Assembly: GCA_034530875.2 (NCBI GenBank) | Contig: JAVRCJ020000001.1 | Coordinates: 256,001 to 320,000, forward strand | Source of the DNA: Nostoc sp. DedSLP01 | GTDB lineage: Bacteria; Cyanobacteriota; Cyanobacteriia; Cyanobacteriales; Nostocaceae | DNA: 64,000 nucleotides | Direction of reading: 5' to 3' | Shown: positions 18,185 through 31,056 of the stretch, piece by piece | Numbering within the stretch: position 1 is the first letter of the stretch | Layout of the letters: every line of letters starts with the position of its first letter | The notes under the pieces: model-generated | Seen by the model: only the letters and a program-made list of their open reading frames with translations | Databases searched by the model: none | What the model was told of the DNA's origin: nothing | Position numbers and translations under genes: made by a program

Positions 18185-18767
18185 AGTTGTTTAAGTTTAC
18201 TGTTATCTATCTAAAGTACACATTAAAATAATCCTGTCGTCACATTCAGGATTTTATACAAAAAGCAATATCCTTGCTATTGTTACCCGAACGGCATCTA
18301 TCATTAGGCATAAATAATCTTATCTTGTGAGTTTTTGCATAAGCAAGAGTTGGTATCCGAACAATATAATTGAATGAAAAATATTTTTATACATTCTTGT
18401 CAAAATCGATGTTTTATTGAGTAAAACTGATTCTCAAAATCTGGAACAAGCACCCTTGCTGGCTAATCAATCAGTTACCTTGAGTGTAGTTAGGATAATT
18501 TCCACAAAACGAACTAAAGTACTCCACCCTAATAATTGACTCACAGCTATGGATCGTCAACTTGCTAATATAGTTATCAACAAGAAATATTTGACAATAA
18601 TTGATACACAACTAGCCTATAAATTGAGTATAAATACTGAATATGCATATCCTGAATTCAGGAAACTTTAAACGAAAATGTGAAATTTTAATAATCTCAA
18701 CGCTGTTGAAGTAAGCTATTACTAGATTTGCGAGGGATAGCCAAGCACGTCTTTTTTTGATTTAGCC

Positions 18768-19895
18768 ATGTCTCTAAGTAAAACTGTTAAAAAAGATAAA
18801 ATTCTCGTTGTCGATGACATTTATGACAATTTACTCGTCTTAGAAGCAGTCCTACAAGATAAGGACTATGAAATTACTTTGGTGGAAGATAGCAAAATTG
18901 CTCTAAATATGGTCGAGCAATCGCCACCAGACTTAATTCTCTTAGACGTAATGATGCCAGGGATAGATGGGTATGAATTCACTCGACGCATCCGGCAAAA
19001 TCAAGCGTTGCCATTTATCCCAATTTTGCTGATCACGGCTCATTATGAGTCCAGCGTTGTGAAAGGACTTGATGTTGGTGCGGATGACTTTATTCGCAAA
19101 CCATTCGATCCAGACGAACTACACGCACGAGTGCGATCGCTCCTGCGCCTCAAGCATAGCATCGACGAACGAGATCAAATGGCTAACTTGCGGGCAGATT
19201 TTGTCTCGCGTTTTACTCACGATTTACGCATACCGCTAGTAGCCTCCAACCGGGTTTTAAAATTATTGCTCGAAGGCAGGTTTTGCGAAGTTTCACCGCA
19301 GTTGCAAGAAATAATTAATACCATGATTGGCAGTAACCAAGACCTGCTAGAAATGGTAAATACTTTGTTAGAAGTTTATCGGCATGAAGCTGGCTGTAAA
19401 ATCTTAAAAATTTCCCCTTGTAACATTCAGGAATTAGTTAGTGAAGTTACCCAAGAATTAACTCCCTTAGCTGAAGAAAAAGGATTAGTTGTAAACATTG
19501 ATAAAGGTGAAGCTGCAACCACAGTAATGGGCGATCGCATAGAACTGCGGCGAGTTTTGACCAACATCATCGGCAATGCCATCAAATTTACAGACAAAGG
19601 TTCTGTAAATATTCATTGCAATCTGAATTTGCCAGATATCACTATTAGTATCCAAGATACAGGGCCGGGAATTTCTAAACAAGACCAAGCAATATTATTC
19701 GAGCGATTTCGCCAAGGCAAACACCAGCGTTCTGGTAGCGGTTTAGGACTATATCTATCTCGCTGCATTATCGAAGCACATCAAGGCACAATTGATGTTA
19801 TATCTGAGCCAGGGCAAGGTAGTACATTTACCATACGTCTACCTGTGGCTGAGGAAAGCGGCATTGAGGCAGCAACAAGCGAGATAAATGCTTAA
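18768..19895 (+). CDS. hybrid histidine kinase (REC-HisKA-HATPase)
   Basis: LLDVMMP receiver, THDLRIPL, NAIKFT, DTGPG, GSGLGL. Confidence 0.95.
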   Translation: MSLSKTVKKDKILVVDDIYDNLLVLEAVLQDKDYEITLVEDSKIALNMVEQSPPDLILLDVMMPGIDGYEFTRRIRQNQALPFIPILLITAHYESSVVKGLDVGADDFIRKPFDPDELHARVRSLLRLKHSIDERDQMANLRADFVSRFTHDLRIPLVASNRVLKLLLEGRFCEVSPQLQEIINTMIGSNQDLLEMVNTLLEVYRHEAGCKILKISPCNIQELVSEVTQELTPLAEEKGLVVNIDKGEAATTVMGDRIELRRVLTNIIGNAIKFTDKGSVNIHCNLNLPDITISIQDTGPGISKQDQAILFERFRQGKHQRSGSGLGLYLSRCIIEAHQGTIDVISEPGQGSTFTIRLPVAEESGIEAATSEINA

Positions 19896-19980
19896 CTTGC
19901 GATGTGTCTTAAAATCTCTTAACAAATCCTGCCAGAGGATGATTAAGATAAAGGTATTTGACTGATGGGTGTCGATACTC

Positions 19981-20958
19981 ATGGTGCAAGACCAGATTTT
20001 GCTGAATGATTGGCATGTAATAGGGCGATCGCAAGACCTCCAACCTGGAACAGTTCTGCATAAGCGCTTATTAGGCTCAGACCTAGTACTCTGGCATAAT
20101 GGCGAGAAAGTCTTAGCTTGGCGAGACCTTTGCCCCCATCGTGGCGCTCGTCTTTCTCTGGGATATGTCAATAAAGATACCCTTGTTTGTCCTTATCACG
20201 GTCTAGCTTTTAACAGCGAGGGGAAATGCGCCCTAGTTCCAGCCAATCCAGACCAATTGCCTCCCGCACAAGCTTGCGTTAAAACTTACCAAATTCAAGA
20301 GCGTTACGATTTGCTGTGGGTTTGTTTGGGGACACCAAAACAAGACATCCCTCCGTTTTCCGAGTGGGACAATCCAGTGTATCGCAAGATTTTCTGCGGC
20401 CCCTACCACTATCACTCCAGCCCTCTGCGGGCGCTAGAAAATTTTATCGATCCGGCACATTTCCCAATTGTGCATTCGGGATTATTTGCCCACGCCAGTC
20501 GTCCCGAGTTGACGCACTATGAATTAGAGTCTTTTGCAGATGGGATTAGTTTCAAATGTGGTTTGTGGGAACTAGATTTTAATTCGGGCAATCCTCAACA
20601 AGCACCACTGATTTTTAATACTTACGATTACCGCATCTTCCGGCCGCTAGTGGCATACTTTAAACTCGGGCCTGGAGAGCATCGTTTAAATGTCTTTTAT
20701 ACAATCACGCCAATCGATGAAGAAGAGTGCGTGGCGCAATATTGGTTAATGGTAAACGGCGCCCGTGAAGTTCCAGTGGAACTCTATCTAGATATTCAAA
20801 ATAAAGTTGCTAGTCAAGATATTGCCATTGTCGAGTCCCAGCAACCCCGACGCTTACCTTTAGATTTGCAAGCAGAAGTACATTTAAATAGCGATCGCTA
20901 TTCAATAGCATACCGGAAGTGGCTCAAGCAACAGGGTGTTACTTTCGGCACTATTTAG
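19981..20958 (+). CDS. Rieske non-heme iron oxygenase alpha subunit (VanA-like)
   Basis: CPHRG...CPYHG Rieske ligands; ENFIDPAHFPIVH; QDIAIVESQ. Confidence 0.93.
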   Translation: MVQDQILLNDWHVIGRSQDLQPGTVLHKRLLGSDLVLWHNGEKVLAWRDLCPHRGARLSLGYVNKDTLVCPYHGLAFNSEGKCALVPANPDQLPPAQACVKTYQIQERYDLLWVCLGTPKQDIPPFSEWDNPVYRKIFCGPYHYHSSPLRALENFIDPAHFPIVHSGLFAHASRPELTHYELESFADGISFKCGLWELDFNSGNPQQAPLIFNTYDYRIFRPLVAYFKLGPGEHRLNVFYTITPIDEEECVAQYWLMVNGAREVPVELYLDIQNKVASQDIAIVESQQPRRLPLDLQAEVHLNSDRYSIAYRKWLKQQGVTFGTI

Positions 20959-21114
20959 AAGATACGTAACTTCAGGTTGCTACTGTTCCGTATTCCCCCT
21001 TTATTGAATATTTAAGGACTTTTAGCTGATTAGACCTCTGCACTTCAAGAGGGCATTGAGCCGAGATCGGCGTTAACTCAGTTACCGACATAAAGACTAA
21101 GAGGTGAAGCAATC

Positions 21115-21798
21115 ATGTTCATTTTCAAGATTTTGACTGCACTCATTTGGAATATTGTCATCTTCGGTGGTTTACTATTCTTACCAGCAGGGACGTTAAA
21201 TTGGTGGCGTGCCTGGGTGTTTCTTGGTGTTGTGGTTGTTGGGACTGTGGCGACGATGATTGGTGTCTTCCGAGAGGATGAGGATTTATTAAAGGAACGC
21301 TTCAAACCACCCATTCAAGAGTCACAACCCCTTGCTGACAAAATTCTTGCCAACTTACTAATCGCAACATTCCTGGGTTTAATTGCCTTCATTCCCTTAG
21401 ATGTGTTCCGATTTCATCTGTTGGCTCAACCAAACGCCATTGCTTCGGCACTGGGATTGGTAGTGTATGTCATTGGTTGGTGGATTATTTCTCTGTCCTT
21501 TAAGGTAAATACCTTTGCGGCAACTGCGGTCAAATATCAGCCAGACCGACAACAGACAGTTATTGATACGGGAGTTTACAGCGTTGTGCGGCATCCCATG
21601 TATGCAGGTGCGGTTTTGGTGATGGTTGGTATGTCGCTGTGGTTAGAATCCTACGCGGCGGCGCTACTCGCGATCGTTCCCATGACAATCCTGGTTGTAC
21701 GGATTCAATTTGAGGAACAATTTTTGCGGCAAGAACTCAAGGGCTACGAAACCTACACCCAAAGAATTAGGTATAAGTTATTGCCATACATTTGGTAA
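21115..21798 (+). CDS. isoprenylcysteine carboxyl methyltransferase family membrane protein
   Basis: Multiple transmembrane segments; TGVYSVVRHPMY; EEQFL...GY. Confidence 0.9.
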   Translation: MFIFKILTALIWNIVIFGGLLFLPAGTLNWWRAWVFLGVVVVGTVATMIGVFREDEDLLKERFKPPIQESQPLADKILANLLIATFLGLIAFIPLDVFRFHLLAQPNAIASALGLVVYVIGWWIISLSFKVNTFAATAVKYQPDRQQTVIDTGVYSVVRHPMYAGAVLVMVGMSLWLESYAAALLAIVPMTILVVRIQFEEQFLRQELKGYETYTQRIRYKLLPYIW

Positions 21799-21967
21799 AT
21801 ACTCAATGCTGGAATCTTGATTGTTTTCTTAACTTGCAAAAAAGATTAGCTTTACTGAATTGTTTAAAACCGGAGTAAACAAACTGAAAATTATAGATAT
21901 ACCAATGGACAGGACTGTTAGGACGTATACCCAGGAGGTAAAAGAGAAATTAAATACAGTCGATGCC

Positions 21968-22001
21968 AAAACCCTAGAGAAAAAAGTCTCTAGGGTTTTT
22001 T
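21968..22001. terminator. bidirectional intrinsic terminator
   Basis: AAAACCCTAGAGA-loop-TCTCTAGGGTTTTTT between convergent genes. Confidence 0.7.
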
Positions 22002-22028
22002 GCAGTCAGCGATCGCTTAAGATATCAC

Positions 22029-24410
22029 TTAATAAGGCCACTTCCAGTCGCGAATTTGTGGCATATCGTCGCCATACTTCTCAATGTATTGCTTATGTTC
22101 GATCAGTTTATCTCGCATTTGCTGTTTGACATAAGCTGCTTTAGAACCGAGTTTGGGAACGCGATCGATAACATCAATAACTAGATGGAAGCGATCGAGA
22201 TCGTTGAGAACAACCATATCAAAAGGCGTGGTGGTGGTTCCTTCTTCTTTGTAACCGCGCACGTGCAAATTCTGGTGATTGGTGTGGCGGTAAGTTAAGC
22301 GATGAATCAGCCACGGATAGCCATGAAAGGCAAAAATAATCGGTTTATCTGCGGTGAAAAGTGTATCAAAGTCTTTTTCGCTCAAACCGTGGGGATGTTC
22401 GCTTTTTGGCTGTAGTGTCATCAAATCGACTACGTTGATTACCCGCACTTTTAAATCAGGGAAGTTTTGGCGCAAGATATCTACAGCCGCCAAGGTTTCT
22501 AAGGTGGGAATATCGCCAGCACAAGCCAGTACTACATCTGGTTCGCCGCCTTGGTCGTTGCTTGCCCAATCCCAAATGCCGATACCTTTGGTGCAGTGCT
22601 TGATAGCAGAATCGATGTCGAGGTATTGCAATGCTGGTTGTTTTCCGGCAACGATGACGTTGACATAGTTGCGGCTTCTCAAACAATGGTTGGTTACTGA
22701 TAGCAGAGTGTTGGCATCGGGTGGCAAATACACGCGAACAATTTCTGCTTTCTTGTTAACTACGTGGTCAATAAAACCGGGGTCTTGGTGTGAGAAACCA
22801 TTGTGGTCTTGCCGCCAGACGTGGGAGGAAAGTAGGTAATTGAGGGAAGCAATTGGTCTGCGCCAAAGAATGTGTCTGGTAGTTTTCAACCATTTGGCGT
22901 GTTGGTTGAACATGGAATCAACGATGTGGATGAAGGCTTCATAACAAGAGAAAAAGCCGTGGCGACCTGTGAGGAGGTAGCCTTCTAACCATCCTTGACA
23001 ATTAGTTTCGCTGAGAATTTCCATCACCCGGCCGTCGGGGGAGAGATGGTCATCTTCTGGGAGGGTCTGGGCTACCCAAGTCCGGTTTGTGACTTCAAGT
23101 ACAGCATCCAAACGATTAGATACTGTTTCGTCGGGGCCGAAAATGCGGAAATTGCGTTTGTCTTCGTTAAGTTTTACGATATCCCGCAGGAATCTACCAG
23201 TAACTTTGGTCGCTTCAGCTACTACTGTACCTGGTTCTGGAGTATCTACAGCATAGTCCCGAAAATCGGGCATTTTCAAGTCATGGAGCAGGATACCGCC
23301 GTTGGCATGGGGATTGTCACCCATGCGCCGCTGCCCTTTCGGGGCTAATTCTGCTAGTTCGTCAATCAACTTACCATTGGTGTCGAAGAGTTCTTCTGGT
23401 TTGTAACTCTTCATCCAATCTTCTAGTAGTTTCAGGTGTTCTGGCTGTTTGGATATGTTACCAAAGGGAACCTGATGCGATCGCCAATAATCTTCGGTTT
23501 TTTTGCCATCCACTTCCTCTGGCCCCGTCCAACCTTTGGGGGTGCGCATCACAATCATCGGCCACTGGGGACGTTCCGTAAAACCATGTATGCGGGCTTC
23601 TCTTTGGATACTTTGAATTTCGGCAATAACTGTATCTAGAGTTGCTGCCATCTGTTGGTGTACATCTGCGGGATCGTGACCTTGGACAAAGTATGGCTTG
23701 TAGCCGTAGCCTACAAATAAACTTTCCAACTCTCCCTGACTAATCCGCGATAATACTGTGGGATTGGCAATTTTATATCCATTCAAATGCAAAATCGGCA
23801 GTACCGCACCATCACGCGCCGGGTTGAGAAATTTGTTGGAGTGCCAGCTAGTTGCTAAAGCACCAGTTTCCGCTTCGCCGTCACCTACAACCGCAGCAAC
23901 AATTAAGTCTGGGTTATCAAAGGCAGCACCAAAAGCATGGACGAGGGCATAACCCAGTTCGCCGCCTTCGTGGATAGAACCCGGAGTTTCCGGGGCTACG
24001 TGGCTGGGAATACCACCAGGGAAAGAGAATTGTTTGAAGAGTCTCTGCATTCCCTCAGCATCTTGGGAGATGTTATGGTAATACTCGCTGTAAGTACCTT
24101 CGAGATAAGTATTGGCTACCAGTCCGGGGCCCCCATGACCAGGCCCGGCAATGTAAATTGTATTGAGGTCATATTTGTTGATAACCCGATTCAGGTGAAC
24201 GTAGATAAAGTTCAACCCCGGTGTTGTTCCCCAGTGACCCAAAAGCCTGGGTTTAACGTGTTCTATTTTTAGCGGTTCTCTCAGTAGCGGATTGTCGAGT
24301 AGATATATTTGCCCAACTGAAAGATAGTTCGCTGCACGCCAGTAGGCATTAATCTTGCGTAATTCTTCATCTGTTAAAGGCTTTGTTTGTGGAGTAGTTG
24401 CTAATGTCAT
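22029..24410 (-). CDS. xfp: xylulose-5-phosphate/fructose-6-phosphate phosphoketolase
   Basis: [38 protein letters not shown]. Confidence 0.97.
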   Translation of the reverse strand: MTLATTPQTKPLTDEELRKINAYWRAANYLSVGQIYLLDNPLLREPLKIEHVKPRLLGHWGTTPGLNFIYVHLNRVINKYDLNTIYIAGPGHGGPGLVANTYLEGTYSEYYHNISQDAEGMQRLFKQFSFPGGIPSHVAPETPGSIHEGGELGYALVHAFGAAFDNPDLIVAAVVGDGEAETGALATSWHSNKFLNPARDGAVLPILHLNGYKIANPTVLSRISQGELESLFVGYGYKPYFVQGHDPADVHQQMAATLDTVIAEIQSIQREARIHGFTERPQWPMIVMRTPKGWTGPEEVDGKKTEDYWRSHQVPFGNISKQPEHLKLLEDWMKSYKPEELFDTNGKLIDELAELAPKGQRRMGDNPHANGGILLHDLKMPDFRDYAVDTPEPGTVVAEATKVTGRFLRDIVKLNEDKRNFRIFGPDETVSNRLDAVLEVTNRTWVAQTLPEDDHLSPDGRVMEILSETNCQGWLEGYLLTGRHGFFSCYEAFIHIVDSMFNQHAKWLKTTRHILWRRPIASLNYLLSSHVWRQDHNGFSHQDPGFIDHVVNKKAEIVRVYLPPDANTLLSVTNHCLRSRNYVNVIVAGKQPALQYLDIDSAIKHCTKGIGIWDWASNDQGGEPDVVLACAGDIPTLETLAAVDILRQNFPDLKVRVINVVDLMTLQPKSEHPHGLSEKDFDTLFTADKPIIFAFHGYPWLIHRLTYRHTNHQNLHVRGYKEEGTTTTPFDMVVLNDLDRFHLVIDVIDRVPKLGSKAAYVKQQMRDKLIEHKQYIEKYGDDMPQIRDWKWPY

Positions 24411-25033
24411 TCCGACACTCCATTACAAAAGGATTTTGACTAGTTCATTAGTATGCAATTTAACTTGTCTGAGGTATGAAGGCCATCTTACCCATGACAA
24501 ATATTTCCAGAAGCGAGCTGCTAAAGCTAGCCTTAGTCAGTACATGATACCTTTATTCACATGTAGAATAAGTGTAAATAACTATCGAATATCGCCACTA
24601 GTAAGCTAGCAAGACTAATTTAAAATTGCTGATTTTTTAATATTAATTTTCAAATTTGTTTTATTTGTAGGAAAAGTAAAAAATTCTATTTTAAAGAATT
24701 AAATAATTATATTCTAATAATTTTTAACATATTTCTTTTGATGGATGCTTATGTAATCCTATTCTTCATGAAATTGAAACAATTAGGGTATACGATTCCA
24801 ATTTGATTTATTTAGCCAGTACACATTTACCCTGAAATATTACCCACTTGGAAAATCTGCTCAGCAGTTAAATTTAATTTAACCTCTTCATAATCTCCCA
24901 CAGGTTGAGCCATTTTAACAATATTCCGTTGTGTAATTCATAGCGTTCATTGTCTGGTTTCCACTGGACAAATTCTGCAAAAGTTACTATTTTTCGTAAA
25001 GCTTGAGCCAGTTTTCAACGCCCAAAATTTTAA

Positions 25034-25588
25034 CTAATTATTAATTTCCAATAAACCATCTGGCGGTGTAATTTCAATGCGGCGTGTTTGCAAGTCTACC
25101 ACTGGTGCGATCGCTTCTACAAAAGGAATCAAAACAGTCTTTTGTTTTTTGTCAGCAGCATCAGATTTACGCAACTTTACTTCTAATAAATCATTGCCTG
25201 CGGGGATCACATCTATCACCGTACCTACGAGTTCGCCAGATGCTTGCATGAAGACTTCCAAGCCAATCAAATCGAGGACATGATATTCATTTTCACCTAA
25301 TTGGGGGCGATCGCTAGCTGGCACCATTAACTTACAATCGCGCAATTCCTCTGCCTGATTGCGATTTACCACACCAGCTAATTTGATGACATATAAATTT
25401 TTGCCATTAAGATAACGTCCTGCCAATAATTCTATCGGTTGCGGTTCTGTCTCTCCAGGGCGCAACAACCAACGTTTTCCTGGCACTTCAAATCGTTCCG
25501 GAAAGTCCGAGTCAGGATAAACTCGTAACTCTCCAGACAATCCTTGAGGTGCAACAATCTTACCAATTTCTAGCCAGTCATTAGTCAT
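25034..25588 (-). CDS. rimM: ribosome maturation factor RimM
   Basis: [34 protein letters not shown]. Confidence 0.96.
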   Translation of the reverse strand: MTNDWLEIGKIVAPQGLSGELRVYPDSDFPERFEVPGKRWLLRPGETEPQPIELLAGRYLNGKNLYVIKLAGVVNRNQAEELRDCKLMVPASDRPQLGENEYHVLDLIGLEVFMQASGELVGTVIDVIPAGNDLLEVKLRKSDAADKKQKTVLIPFVEAIAPVVDLQTRRIEITPPDGLLEINN

Positions 25589-25872
25589 TAGTCATTAGTC
25601 ATTAATCATTAGTCATTGGTCATTGGTGATTGGGCAAGCGGGGAGTGTGGGAGGTGTGGGAGGTGTGGGAGGTGTGGGAGGTGTGGGAGGTGTGGGAGGT
25701 GTGGGAGGTGTGGGAGGAGAGGGAGGTGTGGGAGGTGTGGGAGGTGTGGGAAGATGGGGAAGAAATCTTTCCCCCCTCTCCCCCCACACTCCCCACACTT
25801 CCCCATCTCCTCATCTCCCCCCACACTCCCCACAGTCCCCATCTCCCTACCTCCCCACTCCCCACTCCCCAC
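25578..25872. repeat. composite STRR tract: TCATTAG heptamers, GTGTGGGAG nonamers and inverted CTCCCCA(CA) units
   Basis: Tandem units directly visible between avtA and rimM. Confidence 0.9.
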
Positions 25873-25879
25873 TTCCTCA

Positions 25880-27163
25880 TTACACACTCACAGCTGCACG
25901 CTGATAAGCTTGTTCGGCTACTTTGGCTAAACGTTGCATACCAGTGACAATTTCTTCATCGCTACCGGTGAGGCTGATACGGAAGCATTGGTGTTTGTGC
26001 GCCCATTCTTCGTGCAAACCGGGGAAGAAGGTGCTGCCAGGGACAATAATTACACCTACTTGTTTGAGTTCTTGGTAAAATTCCCAGTCAGTTATGGGTA
26101 GATTTTCTAACCACAACCAAGCAAAAATGGCTCCTTCACCGCGATGGAGGAACCAAGGTAAATTCTTGGGCATCGCTTGTTCTAAGCTACTTTCTAAAAC
26201 TGCAAACTTGTTTTGGTAGAAGGGACGAATCACAGTCTGAGAAATTTCTACTAAGGCACCAGAATTGATTGCTAAGGCTGCGATCGCTTGGCCGTAACGT
26301 GAAGAATGTAGACTCGCGTTTGCCTGGAAACACTCTAGCACTTCAATCCACTTTTCGTCCCCAATGGCAATACCAATTCTTTCTCCTGGTAATCCTGCTT
26401 TGGATAAACTCATACAGTGCAGAATATTATCGCCAAACACCGGGGTCATTTCGGTAAAGTTCAATGACGGAAAGGGAGGTGCATAAGCCGAGTCAATTAG
26501 CACGGGCAAATTGTAAGGCGAGGCTAGGGCAGCAATCTTTTTCACTTCCTCGTCAGTGAGAACGTTACCAGTGGGGTTACAGGGGCGAGAGAAGATGACG
26601 CAACCAGTGTTTTCGCTAATCGTTAGTTGGCTGAAGTCTGGGCGATATTTAAATCTATGGGCTGGTGCATCGATATCGAGGGTAGGTTTGTAGGCGACTA
26701 AGGCTTTTGGTTCCAAACAGATACCGCCATAACCGGTGTAGTCGGGGCTGAGGGGCAAAACAATTTGTTTTAACTCGCCAGTGCTGGTGTAGCCGCCAAA
26801 TACGTTAGCAGCGTAGAAATAGAGGGTTTGACTGCCGGGGGTGATAAAAATATTGCGATCGCCTAATTTTAAACCGTAGCGTTTATTAAAGTCGTTGGCG
26901 ATCGCTTCAATTAACGGTGCATAGCCCTGGCTTGAACCATAGCGGCAAACTACCTCACCATATTCCGAACTAGCCAAAAGCTGTGCAGTGCAATCCCGCC
27001 ACAACTGTTCTACCTCTGGTAAAATCAACGGGTTCCCAGCACTCAAATTAATAAACTGCTGCCCTGAACCGGCTCGTAATGTTTCGATAATATCCTTCAT
27101 GATTGCTCGGACGCCAGTCAGGTTGGACATTTGGGCGCCAATTTTTGTTAGGGCAGGGTTCAT
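25880..27163 (-). CDS. avtA: valine-pyruvate aminotransferase
   Basis: NLSAGNP, SRPCNPTG, IDSAY, SLSKAGLPGERIG. Confidence 0.93.
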   Translation of the reverse strand: MNPALTKIGAQMSNLTGVRAIMKDIIETLRAGSGQQFINLSAGNPLILPEVEQLWRDCTAQLLASSEYGEVVCRYGSSQGYAPLIEAIANDFNKRYGLKLGDRNIFITPGSQTLYFYAANVFGGYTSTGELKQIVLPLSPDYTGYGGICLEPKALVAYKPTLDIDAPAHRFKYRPDFSQLTISENTGCVIFSRPCNPTGNVLTDEEVKKIAALASPYNLPVLIDSAYAPPFPSLNFTEMTPVFGDNILHCMSLSKAGLPGERIGIAIGDEKWIEVLECFQANASLHSSRYGQAIAALAINSGALVEISQTVIRPFYQNKFAVLESSLEQAMPKNLPWFLHRGEGAIFAWLWLENLPITDWEFYQELKQVGVIIVPGSTFFPGLHEEWAHKHQCFRISLTGSDEEIVTGMQRLAKVAEQAYQRAAVSV

Positions 27164-27436
27164 AGGCTTCGATAAAATTTATTAATTGAGGGTGGACAAA
27201 TTACTTGGGATTTGCTGCTGACATCCAGTTTACATCGTTGCCAAAACAACTTTTTCCACCTTTAACCAATCTAGCTAGAGAATGATATTTTTACAAAGTA
27301 ATATTCCAAGGGACTGGTGACTGGGACCTGGTGACTGGGTATTGAATATTTTGAGAATTGGGAATTCAATTAAGAAAACTCTTCCCTAGTCCCCAATCCC
27401 CAATCGCCAATCCCCAGTCCCTCATCCCCGATATAA

Positions 27437-28585
<1,149 letters not shown>

Positions 28586-28739
28586 TTCGTAATTCGTAAT
28601 TAAAAAGGGTTTGTAGCTAGTAGTCTTGTTTCAGATAGGGTTTAAATTTCTATCTGAAACATAATTATGAATTTTAAGCGATCGCTTTTATCCAAGTGAG
28701 CTGACACAGATGATTTACTGGAATAATGGCGAGAACAAG

Positions 28740-28870
28740 AGAGACGCGATAAATCGCCGTCTCTACAAGGCGTTAATTTTGATCGAAAAACCCGATGCAA
28801 ACCGAATTGCACGCGTTCGAGAAACGTGCCACAAAAAGACCATATTGTAGAGACACGATTCATCGCGTCT
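28740..28870. repeat. inverted pair of GTAG-type REP-like palindromes (28740-28766, 28847-28870)
   Basis: AGAGACGCGATAAATCGCCGTCTCTAC and GTAGAGACACGATTCATCGCGTCT. Confidence 0.75.
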
Positions 28871-28990
28871 AATTTCGATCGCTGCGATGAATTAATTTGT
28901 GATGTAGAAATAATTCCGAGTTTTTCGGGTTGGCAATTACATAAATGCAAAGACATACTTGCATCAGTTTTTGCATCAATCAAAATAATT

Positions 28991-29351
28991 ATGAATAATG
29001 ATGCTCCTCCACCACAAAACAGCAACCCTAAATACAAAGGTAAATATCGAATTGATTCAACACGTTTGCCAGCATGGAATTATGCTAGTGATGGTGGATA
29101 TTTCGTTACTATTTGCACGGATAGAAAGAAATACTTTTTTGGTGAGGTTGTACAGGGTGAAATGCAGCTATCAGCAATTGGAGAAATTGCTTATAAATTG
29201 TGGTATGAGATTCCTAAGAATTTTTCTAATTGTCAGATAGATTCGTTTTGCGTCATGCCTAATCATATTCATGGGATTGTGATTATTAATCAAACACAAC
29301 AGGGAAATGCGATGAATGGGACACAAGAGGAAGACGCGATGAATCGCGTCT
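28991..29351 (+). pseudogene. truncated REP-associated tyrosine transposase (RAYT / Y1 HUH family)
   Basis: RLPAWNY...GYFVTICT and VMPNHIHGI (HUH). C-terminal catalytic-Tyr half absent; similarity ends at an internal REP 29332-29351. Confidence 0.85.
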
Positions 29352-29381
29352 TGTATTTGTGGGTGTTTTGCGCGTCTAGTA

Positions 29382-30938
29382 CTATTGACGGGTATAACGA
29401 TGTTTCACCCCAATCGGAAAATATTCAAAATCCCCCATTGGCGCTAATTTAACCTGTGGTGTTTGATATTCTACGGGAACATAATTAGCAAACTCGCTAT
29501 TGAGGCGTAGCAGTTGTGAAAGAATTGAAGATGCGATCGCTTCTCTTTTATCTTCACTACCCTCTACACCTGGTGCTAATTCCACAACTACAGATAAAAA
29601 TCGGTTTTTGTCTGCATCTTCCTTCACCTGCAATACAAATTTCCCGGTTACCCATTCTTGAATTACTGGTTGTTCTAATCCCACCGTCACATTTTCTGGA
29701 TAAATATTCGCGCCAAAATACGAAACTGTAAAGTTAGAACGCCCAAAAACATAAACGAAAGGTAATGAGTGAATACCTCTAGGGGAATGGGGAGTGGGGA
29801 GTGGGGAATGGGGAGTAGGGAGTGCTGAATTCGGACTCTCATTGTGTAACTCTGCAACAGGATCGAATCCCCATTTGGCTAAAAATTCCAGCATGGCGTC
29901 ATAACTAATTATGCCGCCAGTATCCAAGATGTCATAACGCACCAAAGGAATGCCGTTATCTCCTGAAAACAGCAATGCGCCGTCTTGAACTTCAAAAAAG
30001 CGACTGCAAGGATCGTACTGCACTAACGTCGGTAAACGCGATTCACCGAATAAAGTTCTAGCTGCGTCCGGGTTTTCTGCCAAAAAACGACGAATGCAAA
30101 TACTTAAGGGCGTTTCGTTGCCTAAAACTCCTGCATCCGCAGTACCGTAAAGTGATGCAAAATCATAGCAGAGATTTTCCGAACCAACTCTTTTACCAAC
30201 CAAACTCCGCCATTCTTCGCTAAATACTTCTCCCGCCATCACAAATTTAATCTGATATTTTTGCCACTCCACACCACGAGAAATTCCAGTATCAATGACA
30301 TCTTTCAAAAATGGCGGGTATCCCAAAAGTACCACTTGCTCGAAAGCAGAGCCTAATTCTTGTACAACTCGCAATATTTCTTCTTTGTTGTTACCTGGAG
30401 TAATTACAGTCAGGGGATAACCTTTACTCGCAAGATAGCGACAGCAATTGGTGGTGAACATTCCACCTACCCAAGTCCCTAAAGTAAAACAAATTACAGC
30501 TAAAGTTCGTTTGTTATCTGTATAAAAACTATCATGAAAAATCTGTTCAAAGCGTGTGGCGATTTGGAGTTCATCTGTAAAAAAACGCGGCCAAAATGTC
30601 GGTTTACCAGTAGAACCTGAGGAAGCAGCTATCATGTCACACCCTTCCAATTGTCCGTTGCGACACAACTCAGGTAAAGGATAACGCAGTATATAATTTT
30701 CTTTGGCGATCGCTGGCAGTTTTTGAAAGTCCTCTAAGGTTTGGATACTTGCAGGATTAATTTCTCTTTCGGCTAAAAAATCCTTGTACGCTGGTACATT
30801 CGCCGCCACATCATGAAATAAAGTCAAAGCTGCTGAAGTATGAGTGTTGAGATGGCGTTGCAGTTGAGTTTCTAGAGGTGTAGAAATAAAATCTTCAAAT
30901 GCTTTAATTGCTCGCTGGCTTTGTGAATTGCAGTTCAT
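29382..30938 (-). CDS. phenylacetate-CoA ligase family (PaaK-like) adenylate-forming enzyme
   Basis: SSGSTGKPT, YGTAD, PLVRYDILD, GRSN...GANIYPE. Confidence 0.9.
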   Translation of the reverse strand: MNCNSQSQRAIKAFEDFISTPLETQLQRHLNTHTSAALTLFHDVAANVPAYKDFLAEREINPASIQTLEDFQKLPAIAKENYILRYPLPELCRNGQLEGCDMIAASSGSTGKPTFWPRFFTDELQIATRFEQIFHDSFYTDNKRTLAVICFTLGTWVGGMFTTNCCRYLASKGYPLTVITPGNNKEEILRVVQELGSAFEQVVLLGYPPFLKDVIDTGISRGVEWQKYQIKFVMAGEVFSEEWRSLVGKRVGSENLCYDFASLYGTADAGVLGNETPLSICIRRFLAENPDAARTLFGESRLPTLVQYDPCSRFFEVQDGALLFSGDNGIPLVRYDILDTGGIISYDAMLEFLAKWGFDPVAELHNESPNSALPTPHSPLPTPHSPRGIHSLPFVYVFGRSNFTVSYFGANIYPENVTVGLEQPVIQEWVTGKFVLQVKEDADKNRFLSVVVELAPGVEGSEDKREAIASSILSQLLRLNSEFANYVPVEYQTPQVKLAPMGDFEYFPIGVKHRYTRQ

Positions 30939-31056
30939 GATGCTTTTATGTAATCCTCTGCTGGAAGAGTACCATATCAGCTAGGCTAGATCTACGCCAA
31001 TTACTAATGCGAGAAATCATTTTGTTATTAATAGAGTTAAAGCTTTAGCTAACGCA

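Noticed and set aside
25609..25947. Six overlapping low-complexity ORFs (PHL, CGR, WEV, PPT repeats)
   Set aside because: Artefacts of stop-free tandem nonamer/heptamer repeats.
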